Assembly (NCBI GenBank): GCA_049999805.1
Contig: JBNGIO010006382.1
Location: forward strand, 1 to 61,233
Origin: Folioceros fuciformis
Lineage: Eukaryota
Direction of reading: 5' to 3'
DNA length: 61,233 bases
Every line of letters begins with the position of its first letter. Position 1 is the first letter of the stretch. The notes below the pieces were generated by a model. The model was not told where the DNA came from. It did no database searches and worked only from the letters and a program-made list of their open reading frames with translations. Both the position numbers and the translations under genes were made by a program. Of the stretch, positions 24,511 to 37,885 are shown piece by piece.

Positions 24511-25636
24511 GGTGGATTCCTTGGCAGCACCCGAACTCCGAATTCAAGCTCCCTGCCTGGTCTCATATCAGCCCAGCATTTGCCGGTGGCCAGGACATGG
24601 TGGCTGGATAACTTGCTTCCCCGGAAGTCTCGTGCGCCTGGCTTGCAGCTGATCCTAGGTCTATCATCCAGGACCTCGATTGCTGGCCAGCAACTACAGG
24701 GCCACCATGCTCTTGGCATATTACCCCGTCCCGAACCACGAACCCACATTGTTATGCCTTTGCACTCCCTCGGCATCTACAAATACTTTCCGCCCGAGGA
24801 TTACTCTCGCAGGCAGATCAACTGTGTTAGGAATCCGCGGCTGACGGTGCGCAGTCCCTGCCGTGCATCCTGACTCAGCACCCATTGTAAGGACTATGTG
24901 AAAGGCACGGAGGGAGACGAAGTGTACCACGGGAAAATCCTCATCCATTCCCCGTCAGTCAGAAACGCTGCCTTCCTCTCCTATTTTCTTGGCATGATCC
25001 CCAAATGGGAGGAGCGCAGAAATCGATTGGACACCTTCAAAATCGGCACACTTTGCGCCTATCTGGATGACGTCGATCATCGCTGATTTGGCCAGATGGA
25101 AGCCACCTGTATATTCAATGTTTTCTTTTCACTGGCATACATGTACATACTTACCGTATTTGGCCGCACGAGGATCAAGAGCGGCAGGATCAAATTCCTG
25201 TGGGTTCCTCAAGCATCCCGTGAAGAACATAACTACCACGACTAAAAAAAGGGAACAATTGTAGCCTTGTCGTTCTCACCACCGACTGCATGTCCGAGGC
25301 GTCAAATCACGCCTCGTACATGAAAGAGTGAAAGAGAGCTTAGGGTAAATTGAGACTCCCAGCACATAGACTGGCAAACAACTCATTAAGAGCATCTGTT
25401 TGTAGCTTCCAGGAGAAAAACCTTGCCTTTCTATACACACTGCGTCTCTCTACAGCGGTAAAATCCATGCGTCAAAAAATCGTGAGGGATGATCATGTTT
25501 TGCAGAGGAGTCTTTGGGAAAGCAAAGACGAGCAAAACCCAAGCCACACTGTACAGATGACTATCACTCAAGACTACGTAGGCCTCACGACCATATACAA
25601 GAAGCACGTAGAGACTCCACATCATTGCTGGCACGC

Positions 25637-26592
25637 TCACCAATTCACTTTGGTCATCTTCGCCTTCTCGATAATGTACTTGCCCTCCTTATACTTCTCT
25701 TGTTCCTCGAATGCTGTTTCCTGATACCAAAGAGGTTAGCTGTGTCACAAGGGAGATTCAAAAACCTGTGCTAGTGGGTGCACGCCGCACGCGCATCTGG
25801 AAAGCTCCGAAGGACATTCCGGCGAGGTAAACTTACATATTTCCAGCCAAGGATCTGCTGGCAGCAATTGCAGTAGATGTCCGCAACCGTGTGAAGCCCC
25901 GTTATGAGAAGGCGATCTTCCTTGGGCCCAAGACAGACATTCACCCTGCAAAACAGCACGAGACAACACGCATGTCTCATGTTCCGAACCTCGATTGTAC
26001 CAGCAGCTCGCAGAGAAACACCATAAGCTGCTTCAGGTTTATTAAATCATCGCTGTCCGCTGACAGTCAGCCAATACGGGGAATTCCCAACAGCCATCAC
26101 TAACACCTACAACTAGTGAGGAAAAGGAAAGATGTGCTAGCTGCAAGGGCCCCAATCCAACACAAACGCAGGTCTTAGAAAGCATCAACCCGGCGTCCCA
26201 TTCCTTCACTGCCTTCCAGTGATTTCAGCATAGGAAACTCCGTACAGCTCTCGCAATTCCACCACAACAAACAGACAGATACAAGGCTGGTCGAATCAGG
26301 TCAGAGCTTCCCTATGTGGCAGAGAAGTGGAGGGAAGAGCCATGAGACGCTAGAATCGGATGCAGGCTCCTCGTGACCAGCAGAGTGGACGGAAAGAGAA
26401 TATTGCGAGCAGCAAAGAGCATGAACGAGGGTAGGGCCAAGGTCCTCACACGTTGTTGAAGAGGTAGGCCCGGCCAAAGCGGCCGTGGAAGGATTTGGAA
26501 TAGATCTGGTCATGCGCAGCAGAGTGCGCACGGCACTTGTTGCAGCTGTAGATGCGACTGCCGGTAAGATATTCCTTGAAGATCTGCCCCAT
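25637..26592 (-). CDS. Yippee-like zinc-binding protein, 3 exons
   Basis: [20 protein letters not shown] / [30 protein letters not shown] / [15 protein letters not shown]. Confidence 0.94.
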
Positions 26593-26719
26593 GGTCCCTC
26601 GTTGCTGCGACGCCCGCAACCTCACTGTCAAGCCTCGCCCGCCTGCTGGCTAACACAATTTACTTCCTCCACCATCTATCCTACACCACGGGATGCGAGG
26701 GGACCGTTAGTGCGCACAA

Positions 26720-27572
26720 AAACAGCCCAAGGAGAATGCAAACGAAGCGGCCAGTGGATGTGCTCTCGACATAGCGATAGGACTTATACTTTGCCAGTTT
26801 TCTCCAATGCACACTCGAACCGTGCAACCACTTGGCGAGTAACTTTGTGAACTAAGCGGGGGGGCCAAGTCTGCAGTACATACACTATGTTTTTCAAGAT
26901 CCTAAACCCTAAACATCCGTTGGGAATGGAGAGGGAAGCCGTCCGTCCACGTTCCCTCTTTAGCGTTTCTTCATTTTTACTTATCAGCAATTCGTCCTGG
27001 CTTCGGCTGTTTTGCACTCTTTCTGGCGACACGAGTTTCACAGTTTCAGCAGCTTTTACAAATTTTTGTAGATCCAATGCTTCAAGCCTCGCTCCCGTTG
27101 AAGGGGAACTGGTTTCATCGCTCCAGATCAGACCCCTGCACACTTGAGCGATGCAATGACTTCCTTGTGCCAGCAAATCCTTCATCGCGTGGTGAGCTGT
27201 CGAGCGCTACTTCACGGGGATTCGGCGTTAGGGCATGGGGTCCCGACCACATTCCCAAACATTCCGTCCAACCGATTGAGTTCTCTGCTTCTCCTGCAAG
27301 AGCATCGTCTACTCTGTCCCAAGGAATGTAAACAGTTTGGAAGGTGGAGTCACCTGCCCCGCGCCATAATGCCTTGAAGGCTTCCACTCTAAATTCTGCT
27401 CGCCGGAGTGCTCATCACTTGGGACCCACTCTGCACTAATCATTTCCTTCTCCATATCATACTTTTTACATGTGGCATCCGCCAGCGAATGATGTTGCTG
27501 AAGGAAATCTTCCCCCTTTGGTACAGAAGACAAGCCGGTGAAAAGACTACTATCTTCATCCAGTGACTGCAC
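26720..27572 (-). pseudogene. Frameshifted remnant resembling the N-terminus of plant SWIM/MULE-derived proteins
   Basis: Fragments NLEWKPSRH.., VYIPWDRVDDALAGE and YCRLGP lie in different frames and resemble IPxxRVDDFxxGE...YWCSFGP from memory. Confidence 0.4.
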
Positions 27573-27631
27573 CAGGGATCTCTGAAATGTGCATCGGCAT
27601 CAAATTGTTGAAGACCTATGCAAAAAGTTCG

Positions 27632-29974
27632 TCATCTATGTAGTCGTGCAGGAGTTGTGATATACCGCCCCTTTTCCATATCGTAGATAGTTTTTACGTG
27701 TGGCCTCCGCCAGCAAATGATAAACCACAAGACGAGCCCAAGTATGCAAGCGGAGCTTATCAGCAGGAGAATCATCACAGCGTCGGCTCTCAACAGCCCA
27801 ACCGCAGGTTGCTGAAGACTATCTTCTCCCATTAGTACAATGAATGCGCCGAGTGCCCAGTTGAGATCAATATTACCAACCTGATTTGTAAACTTCATTC
27901 TGATGACAGGCAACAGCATGGATTAGAGCTAACGGGCTGAAGCCAGTGAACCGAAGGAATACTGCTTAACCATGCCTAAGGACTAGGAGAAGCGAACCTT
28001 TCATCTCGCATCCCAATATCAAGGCTATCGTTGAACAGTGCGACAATGTACGATGTGGAGAAACAGTACTTCAGCAGATCGTCTTTTAGGATATGGCTGT
28101 GCTGCTGCTGTAATGTACTCCAGTCGCTCTCACAGTAGTGAACTCCCGCAGCCTCAATTTCCCACAGAGATGCATTGGATGGTAACCCGGAAAACTGGAG
28201 TCATCAGGCGGACAAGAGTACAATTAGTCCCAGAAGCTTCCCTCAGTCAACCCAAAAAAACCAACACCCCGTGCAGCTCTACCTACAGAGAGCAGGAACA
28301 CAAAGGACAACTGCCAACAGTGACAGACCTGAGACGTGTACAGGAATTTTTCAGTTCCGAAAACCTGTCGACGAAGCTCAGGAACAAAATGGGATCCAAC
28401 AGCACATTGCCTGTGTTGGCAGCTATCTGGCAAATAGGAACTGCGTCAGAAGCACTTCCTCGTCCACCAGTTAGTAAGGAAGTTGAGAGACCAATGGACC
28501 CGTCACAAACCTTTGCCTTGCTCTAAGAGATGAAGAGCTGTCTTACGGCACTTGGCAAAATCTCCGGACGAAAGGATGGTTGGAAGTGTGGGCGCAGTTG
28601 AAGCGTCCTCTGCCACAGCCTCTGCAGTTCTATGGTAACCCTTGGGCGTGCATGTGTCGACTACAGTCCCATTTTCTGCAGCAGGAGGAGCTGCACGAGT
28701 TCCACCAATAGACATCACCAACCGCGTCGCCAAGTTCATTCAGACATCTGTGAACTTGAAAGGCATAAGGACTAATGAACAACTGTAGATCTGATTGTTT
28801 GAACTGTAAGCCTTCACGTACATGCTCTAACAGCAGCAGAGTAGAGTAGATAAGAAAGTTCCTTCCAGGCTGCTTCCTACAGAAATAACGAGCAGAAAAC
28901 TTAATACAACACGTCCCCTCAAAGTGGCAGCAGTCAGCCATCTGTAACGGGAGAAACATCCTCACCTGTCCCAACTGAAGGAAACTATGTACATACAGTG
29001 AGTACGTCACACCGCCCAGCACAACCTTCTCCACGTGCTCCTCAGGAGATGGTGAAACTGGGACAAAAGTCATCTGCAAAGAGAGAACTTTATTCTCAAC
29101 CCAGCCCAGAGTGAAACTACGCCCGTGCACATTCCATGGCGGAGTGGTTACCTGAGCTGCTGCCCCCCCAATTTCAACAATCCCAACAGTGTCACGAGGA
29201 TCATTTCCAAGCGCGCCCAGTGCATAGTTGGCGGCGACCCAGACAAATTTCCCTTCATCCGTTACTGAGTAAAGAAAAAAAGCAAGCGTCAGATCTTCTC
29301 AGATTTGCAAGAGCTAAGTTACCTATCAAAATCCCAGTATCTCTTTCTGGAGACCCAAACCAGTGCAGATTTAGAGATGAAAGCAAGTTACCTGATATGA
29401 TGGATGCCCATTCATCTTCGAAGCGGAATCCGGAGCCTCTCAGGACTGCCCTGCACGAATCCAGAATCCTGTCTCTGATAGGCTCCTCCACCGACCGAAG
29501 CCCGGCTGTGGCCATCAAGTACACCTTGGTCGATTGCCACTCCTCGACTGGGACTTTGTTGTGAGAGAAGACCACGAGTTCCACCAACGATGGGCCAGCA
29601 TCCTCTGGATTACCGACAAACGAGGCCAATCCAGGAGTAACTTTCTTGGACACAGACCCCTCCCAATCAATTATAGGGAGCTTGCCATCGTACACGTACT
29701 TGAATACATACAGCCTGGACCCGCTGTTACACGCATCAATAATCGTCCAATACCTGGGATTGCTCGCCTTCTGAACTGCGGAGGAGAAGGGCCTTCTTGT
29801 CAGGTGCAATGCGTAGACTGCGACAGAACAAAATGCAAGGACTCCAACCACAGTCCAAACATTCAGTCGGCAAGCTCCGCGCAAACTGGTACTCGCAGGA
29901 TTCCCCAACGAGTGCACGCGATGAGGCACCTGCTTGTGAGGACCTGGGAATGTAGAACCGCCTCTGCACAGCAT
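27632..29974 (-). CDS. GDA1/CD39 apyrase (APY6-like, N- and C-terminal TM helices), multi-exon; start uncertain
   Basis: ACR1 IIDACNSGSR, ACR2 MATAGLR, ACR3 DEGKFVWVAANYALG, ACR4 VEIGGAAAQ, YCFS and ACR5 WALGA. Confidence 0.9.
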
Positions 29975-31076
29975 CTCGTTCCACGGGCGGTGGACCCTTC
30001 TGCGATGGCCAGTACCAGAGTCAACCTGCAAATGTCGCTAACAGACCGACCCATCTAGCTGCCCACCACCAGCGTTTTCATACATCCTCGTTCCCCTCCC
30101 TGCCCTTTTACTGTGCGTCCATTTTTTCCTCCCAACGTCGAGCTTCACAGCATGCAAGAGGGTCAAATCCTGGGACTTCAGCGATGCCGAGTTCCTTCCG
30201 ACTGCCATGAAAGGTATCGACCAATCAGGGTTTGCCACACACGTCCGCTTGCGCAAGCGTCTTCGTCATTTGATCTCCTAATTGGGATGACTCGACAGCC
30301 GCTGTGGAAGGTGTTGCCTTGAACAGGATGTAAATAAATGACTTCCCCATCTGTCCCCGCAAGTTCAGGATCTATCGCTGTGAACAAACCAGTGAGAGTG
30401 TCCAGGTCGCGCTGGAAGCTATGGCCCACAATCCTCGGACAATGAGCCTGGACAGGTCGCGCAAGTGTGGATCAAACCCCGTCTAGGGCAACAACATGTC
30501 TCATCCACATCAGCTAAGCTACAATATTCGCGGCATGACACATTGTCCTTGCCCTAATGTACACATTCGCAGCGTTGTGTGTTGCCATCCGCTAGTCAAA
30601 GTGTCTTTGTTCACCTCAGATATGTTCCCAAACGCATACAGTTACATCGTCCGCTGCTAATCTTTTCAGATGAAAGTTATTAGAGTGGACGAAAGCAATT
30701 TGATTCGTTGAAAGCACGCAACTGATGGATGCAGGGAGTGTGTTTTGTCACAAAGCTCCTCTCCTGCACAGTTGCACCATTTGCAGCCAACATGGCTAAG
30801 CAAAATCGTGTTCTGCAGGAAGGAGAGGGGAAACAGAGCAAGGAAAAATCACATTGCTGCCAACTCTGTGGCAGATACGCTAGGAATTCGTCCCCGACTG
30901 TCCACCATGTCGGTGCATCATGTTCTCTTCCTGTTCAAACGGCACACTATAAGAACGAGTCGTGACCAAGGCAGACTCATAAAGCACAACGAGTTGCGAG
31001 AAACATATCCAGGACAAGACAAGGCAATCTCGCGAAGGGAGAAGGGAGGCAAATCTCACAGCGAGGGGAGGTCTGA

Positions 31077-31277
31077 TCAGTGCTCCGGGTCGTGGCCGCC
31101 TTTGCCGAGCTTGGAGGCCATGCCATCCACAAAGAGGTACGCCCCGAAGGCCATCACAGCGATCCCTAGTCCTGGAGTGGAGCGTTTCAGGTTGTTGGTG
31201 AGCATGGGATGCTTACGATACTCGTTCACGGCCTTGAAGAATTCAGCGGTGCGTTTGCCAGCTTCCGGATCAGCCAT
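31077..31277 (-). CDS. NDUFB3: Mitochondrial complex I B12 subunit (NDUFB3)
   Basis: 66-aa ORF with TAEFFK...EYRKHPML.N.L...PGLGIA..AFG.YL. Confidence 0.88.
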   Translation of the reverse strand: MADPEAGKRTAEFFKAVNEYRKHPMLTNNLKRSTPGLGIAVMAFGAYLFVDGMASKLGKGGHDPEH

Positions 31278-31710
31278 GGTCATCTTTCCCAGCACGCTCG
31301 GCTCAGCTTTTTCACTGAACTCCAAGCGTTACAAGCAAGGGACAAGCTGTCAGCGCCGAGATGTCATCAACTAAGCTTTAACGAGAGGGTCCCGACGCTA
31401 TGCCATGTCATGCAATGACGACCTAAAACAACTACCAGTCACGTCCACTATTACGAGCCAATCGTGCAAGCATCGAATATCAGACCCGACTTGTGACTTT
31501 CACTACAGTGATGACTGATGAGACCAGACTAACAATTGCTTCATCGCAAAATTCATGAAATGCGGTCTGGTAGGAGGGAACCGAGACAAGCCACGAAGAG
31601 GGAGCAGGTCGACATGCCTGTGCGGTGTGTCAGACCTCCTCACAAAGACTCAAACGGCGATGCAGCCCACTAAAAAGTACGTTCTATCTGATCTGGCAGC
31701 TAGCAATTTT

Positions 31711-33609
31711 CTACACTTTGCTGGAGAGCAGCTGCGCTTTCAGGGCAGCCTGCACTGCAGCCAGCACGTGAGGCTTCAACTTCGAGTTCGTAGCAATGAT
31801 GCCACGCTCAAGGTCCAAGTATCTGCCACACGAGAAATCCAACGGTTTCCCAGCTGCGTCGAATACCTCCCCACCGGCTTCTGCTCAGAATCCAAGGGAG
31901 GAGGGATTAATTAGCAACACATCGCAAACCGAGTTCCCCAGTCATGTTGACCAAGGTCAACCGACCAGCAATTGCATTCGAGGCAGAAGAATGCGTTCAC
32001 CTGTGATGACAATCGATCCTGCGGCATGATCCCAAATCTTCTCCCGGTAACCGGCATGAGGGAAGCGAAGGTAGATGACGGCATCCCCTCTTGCCATAGC
32101 TCCATATTTCGCTTGGCTATCGATTCGCACTGGTGGAGCAGTTACTCCTAATAGCTGCAACCACGCCGACGTCATGCAAGTGATGGGCCAAGCACATCTG
32201 CTAAGTGGGATGATTCATGCACATGACAGGCCACTCATTTGCTTACGGAATAATGACACCAGGTCATTCACCTTTGCAATATTGGCCGTCAAATCTTGCA
32301 TGGAGTGTGCTGATTCGAATGACTCGCAGAATGTCGCTCTTGTTGTATCATCTTCATCGCTCACCGTGACCTGGACTAGTTTACACGGACGTTAGCGGCA
32401 TTTCCGGCGGGAAAGCGAGCTCAGGGGACACGTAAATGCTGGTACCAACCTTCCTGCGAGGAACACGGCCATCCAACGACTCCATAAAAGTTCCAGCTCC
32501 TTTCCTTGCAGAAAACAGGCAACCAACAGGTTCCCCAGGGGACAGCGAAATTCCATTGGAGATAGACGCCAACGGTAAATTCGGGCATGCCAGTACTCCA
32601 GCGACAACTTCACCGTCATCCAAGAGCCCCAGAGCTACAGCATACTGATCCCCTCTGATAAACCTGGATTACCAACAGTCAGTGTTACGAGATATCTGGT
32701 GGCCGAAGTTACGTAATGATAAGACTACAAGATACTTAAGCCAAATGTATCTGAACATGAAAGAGCCAGCTGTACCCTCTCGTGCCATCGATGGGGTCCA
32801 AAACCCAATGGCGGCCAGTTGGTCCACCTGGTGATCTTCCTCTATCAATCGCTCCAACCACCTCCTCCTTGGACAGCGGCGAGACACCAAGGTTCTCCTC
32901 TGAAATAGCTGTATTCACCAGCTGGGTTATGCGCTCCAACATGGGCTTCCCCTCTTCCGTTCGTAGGTCTTCTGAATCCTACACATGAAACAATTAGGTC
33001 AAAACGATGGCAACGAAGGTCATCCACGTTGCCACATACAAACCAGAGACAAGTACCTCCTCAGCCACCATTGAGAACAGCGCTCCAGCAGGCAACTCCC
33101 TTTGCAAAGCCCAGCTGACAAGAGCTTGGGAACCTGCACCCCAAATTTTGTAATTAGTTGCTGTTTTCTCCGCGCTTGTTTGCTTCAGGAAAGCCATAAA
33201 CAGCAGTCAATTCGCTTCACGCACCATAGTCGGCATCTGTAACTGGAGACTTGTCCACCTTCGCTTGAGTCTCTCTCGCTCCTATACCCCTTTGAACTGC
33301 CTGCCTGCATCACGACGACCATTAGCTGTTTCTAATGCCAATGCGCTGCCACTTGTAGAAGCAGAAAACCGGCAAAACCCCTTCCTTCCCTGTTCAGCAC
33401 ATGAGAAAGGCAAGCAAGACACATGCCTGGCATAGCCGGGATGCCAGCTTCACAGCACGCACTGCATACACCAGCTCCTCCTCGTAAGCTGCCATCGACC
33501 TGGTGACGAAATTCCGCTTGGGAATGCGGATCGGAGTACCAGACTGGAGACGGGAAGCAGATTCTGTGCACCACCACCTCTGACGGCCGGGCAGCGCCGA
33601 GATCTGCAT
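31711..33609 (-). CDS. SAL1: 3'(2'),5'-bisphosphate nucleotidase SAL1/FRY1, multi-exon, with transit peptide
   Basis: AVKLASRLCQ, KSPVT.ADYGSQA, VAEEDS, WVLDPIDGTRGF, CPNLP, RIDSQAKYG and EKIWDHAAG..EAGG. Confidence 0.94.
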
Positions 33610-35028
33610 GGACGCTCGCTTCTTCCCGAAGACGAAGCTTAGAAATCAGCAGAGGTTAGAGAGCCATACCCCGCCAGACTTATGTCCATGCCACAAACCC
33701 TCGAGTCTCTCTCGTGTTCATTCGAATTACGACATAATCGGTCTCTCACTACGAGTGTGAGTACACTGCCATTCGGAGCCTGTCTACTTGGGACCTCGGA
33801 TCTCGCTCTCTGAAGGAGAAGAACAAGACGACTTTCAAAAGGACATCAGTGTAACCTGTGGACCTGTCCGATCTCTGCTCACAGTCCAAATTGGTTGTCC
33901 AACTTCGAGGAACAGTCACTGTGAACGCCAGCTTCTTGGGGTTTCCAGAATTTGTGGACTCGGCCACGTCAGGTGCAACGGTTAGGGCGCCACATATGCC
34001 AGGGACCAACAGATTTCGCCCCCAAAGAGCAATGGATTCACACCAGAAGGCACACAGGTCCTGAAATTTTGGTGGCAGTTCGGGTAGTTTCTCTCCATCG
34101 CTCTGCAGCAGTTTGGTTAGTTTCTGCAAAAGATCATGAGAGCACATACAAGTCTCCTCGCAGTTAAGCGGAGTTTTAGGCCGATTTGGGGCCTCACACT
34201 ACCCTGTTCGCTCTCTGAGCTTGGAAGGATTCACGCTGTGGTGAACAGACCAAGGTGGGTGCAGTTGTGGCTGTTTCGTCTCTCACCATTCATGAAAACA
34301 ATTCTTGTCCGCACAGGTCTCTTATCACAGGATAAGATGGAAATGAGAAAAATCGCCAATGCTGATCGACTGCACTTGTTTGCGTTCCTTACTCGGTCGG
34401 GAACTGACATTCTTTGTGCGTGAATGAATGTGTTTGTGCAGCAAGAATCTCATCAGCAGCTCGACTGTCCCCCACCTCCTGCTACCAAGGAGCTATGGTA
34501 AGGAAGCATTATGCGCCTCTCTAACACAACCCCTGCAAGCAACAGCTGAACTTGGATTATGTTGATCACTTCGCCCGCAATTATCAGTTGAGCGGCAAGT
34601 CCACCTACGCGGGTCTTCGGTTCAGCTCTTGGCAGGTTTCAGTGAAACGTTGTGTGGTTTGAGGGAATTTTCCCAGCGCATTGGGCTCAAGCAAGACTGA
34701 AGAGTGTCTCGCTTTTCAACCCGGACTCCTCTGCCTTCCGACGACGTGTGAAGTACATCAGTCAAAACACATGAAACCCTAAATTGTCTGCAAGGCGATC
34801 TGCAGCCATGCTGGAAGAAACAGCAGTCGCTGGGACCTGTCCTGCCGCTGTCCTGTGCTCTCGTCCCCGGTATCCGAGACGTAGCGGATGGGTCAGGTCA
34901 GCATGGAGTCATGGACCGGTTGTGAGGAATCCAATGCGACATGGAGCATCCTGGAGCAGCTAGGTCCTACACAACTCTCACGAGCTCGAGCTTCTGTGAG
35001 CTATTATCTCAAATAGGCATGCAAACCC

Positions 35029-37885
35029 ATGGCTTCAAATGCGACGAGCATGGCTCTGCCCTCAACTGGTGCTGAGAAAGTAAAGTTCACAGTGTTTGTT
35101 AGAGGACATCAGTGGAGTTCTGCTAGGCATATCCACGAAACACTGCAGGAGTTTGCAGAAGTGATCCAGGTACTTCGAGTCCGCAATTTCACGTGATGGT
35201 CTAAGTGCAAGCTCGATCGTGTCGACGACTCTTCTGACTTTTAGTGGCACCGGCGTTGGCAGAGGAATGCCCGAAGGCTAAACTTTATTGACGAGGGCGA
35301 CAACATACAGCGCCTTCAGCTTGCAAGGACTGATGGATCGGATCCAGAGGAGCTTGACGTTGATGCAACTCTTGAGGATGTCATAATTTGCATGGGAAGC
35401 AAGCAGTTGGTTGCAATAATCAACAGCCCGAGAGGGGCTCCAGCCGCATGCAGTGCATGTCCTGAAGGCGGGAAACCTTGTACGTCACCTATATTGGAGT
35501 GTGTTGTGCCCAAACTACTGGAGAATGACAATGTGTCTGCTCCCATTTCGAAGTTACCACAGATGCAAAGTGAAAACCTTGAGATGCCTTCTCTTGGACC
35601 TGCTAAGTCCTCCTCCTACATTTTAAAGCATCGGAGTGGTCCGTTTAAATCAGCTTGTGATCCAGGAGGGAGGGGGTTAAAGATAACCATCCCGTCCACA
35701 GAGCACAATGCTCCAGTCTTCCATGATGACAGAGGAATTCCTTTCGGCCAGGATTATAGCAATGGAGACAGGCATGCTGCAGTTCTTCCTCCACCTATGT
35801 CCTCCCGCTCGGCTAACTTAAATGCTAGTTTGATTTGCGGCAATGGTGGTGGTATACCAACAGGTCTAATGAACTCTGCTTCCACCCCCAGCCCAGCTGA
35901 GCTTGCTCACTTCCTAGTGAGGGGCTCGTCCAGCATCCCAGCAAACCGGGTTAGCAACGGGAACACTCTCAATGGTTCACATCTGCACGCTCATGGAAAC
36001 GGAGCCATGGCTGCAACTCATTCCGGTTTCCAGTCCTTTGCCCCAACCATGATGAACAGATTGCCACCCATGCCCACCTCCAATAACCCCCTCCCTTGTC
36101 AAGCTCCGGCGACACCCAACATTGCCCTCTTAGCCCAGTTCCTTGCATCACAGTTGAGAGCCTTCATTCCTGTGAACGGCATGGGGAGTCACCATAATAA
36201 CCCAGCACTCACTTCGTGTCCTGCAAATGCTGTGGGCAGCATGAAGGGCTATGCTCGTGCTACTACTGATTTGGGGCCAAACCTGCGGAAAGGTCCAACC
36301 GATCACCTGACCACGTGTTGCAAAGTAGAAGGCGCAGTGAAGGAGTCACCTAGGTCGGCCCCAGGTAACCCTAAAGCTTCTGTCAGCGAGTCTCATGACA
36401 AGGATGAATCATCCTCTTCAGCCAATGTAAATAATACTGCTGCTCCATCCAGCGATGGTATAGAGAGTGAGCTGCAACATACAAATGGGCACCGACGTTC
36501 AGAGATGATTTTTTTGGTGAACAGGAGAAGCAAAACGGTAGGTCTTCCTGATGTGCAAGTCTCCAGCATACACACCCGCTATTATGGGTTACATACTTGG
36601 CCACTGCAAGGCATCCCTCCCTGTACCTGTACAACATCACCCTGGGTTGGGCTACAACCACTTACGCGACTATTCTATACAAAACTTATATACGCTTATG
36701 CTACTCTTGTAAAGGAGAAAGAGATTTTCCATCTTTGCAGGGCGTTGGGACACACCATCTGAGGATGTCCGACTTATCTGCATTTTTTCATCTTAGCGTT
36801 GTCGATGCAGCCAAGAAGCTTGGCGTGTCTCAAACCACACTTAAGAAGGCCTGTAGGAAGTTTGGGCTCAAGCGTTGGCCGGGCCGGAAGGTAATGAACC
36901 TAACATGCTGCACCCTGTCCTCGCAACAATAAGCAGAAGCATCAAGCCCGAAACCTGACTTCACACTGGACTTCCAGGTGCGGAGTTTGGAGAGCACGAT
37001 ACATGGGCTAGAGCACACAATAGCCGTAGGTCATGGAGCTGGCATGGAGGAACTGACAGAGGCTTACATGAGGTCGGAGGTAACAAAGCTCCAGCAAGAA
37101 ATGGATCAGCTTGTACATGGGACTCCGATCTCTCAGGTACGTATCGTATCTCTTCGAAGCAGACAGTACACACGGTTGCTTTCAACAGTCCTTTACTCTC
37201 GCTCTTTCCATTCACACCACATAACTCGCAACTTGTGCAGCATTCACCGGTTGCGAGGACGGCAGATTTGTACAAAAGACTGTACTCTCGGGGTTGGAGA
37301 TCAAAATATCACAGTCCCTGTAACCGATTTGACCTAGACCTCAACAGAGATAGTAGAGACACTGACCAGGCCTACTCTAAAGCCGGTGACGAGACTAAGC
37401 CTGCCATGAAGGGGGCGAACGGATGTCATGAGCCTCGGAAGGAACAGGTGCCTGCTGACCTTAAAGACGACTCTCACAGTCAGACTAGTCGAGAGAGCCA
37501 AGACATTACGCACAAGGAACAGGGTAATGGAAATATGAAGAGGAGCTCAAACATGGACCTGGACACCACCATAAAGGAGGAGAGCACCAAGGAAGACCTG
37601 GAACCTGCCAAGTTAGTCAATAGAGACACGTACATGGCAGAGGACGCCAAAAGGCACATGCCAGCAGAGGAGGCCGAGGCAACTCCTGCCAAGCACAGGA
37701 GAGTGGACTCTGCCAATCACATCCATGCAGAACAGATCCTTGACATGGAAACACAAAGTGCAAATAACAATCACGTAGCACACGCAGACAGACCTTTTGC
37801 TCCAGAGAGAAGCCCCAAGCGACCAAAGCGGGATTGCAGTGACCTCAGCGATGCAGCTCTACATGAGTTGAGTGTACCATTGTGA
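35029..37885 (+). CDS. RWP-RK transcription factor, ~789 aa; join(35029..35169,35263..36537,36741..36890,36978..37136,37241..37885)
   Basis: FHLSVVDAAKKLGVSQTTLKKACRKFGLKRWPGRK|VRSL. All four introns are GT-AG, phase 0 and frame-consistent. Confidence 0.85.

Noticed and set aside
33749-34423. Short ORFs between SAL1 and RWP-RK
   Set aside because: No recognisable motifs; likely promoter or 5' UTR sequence.
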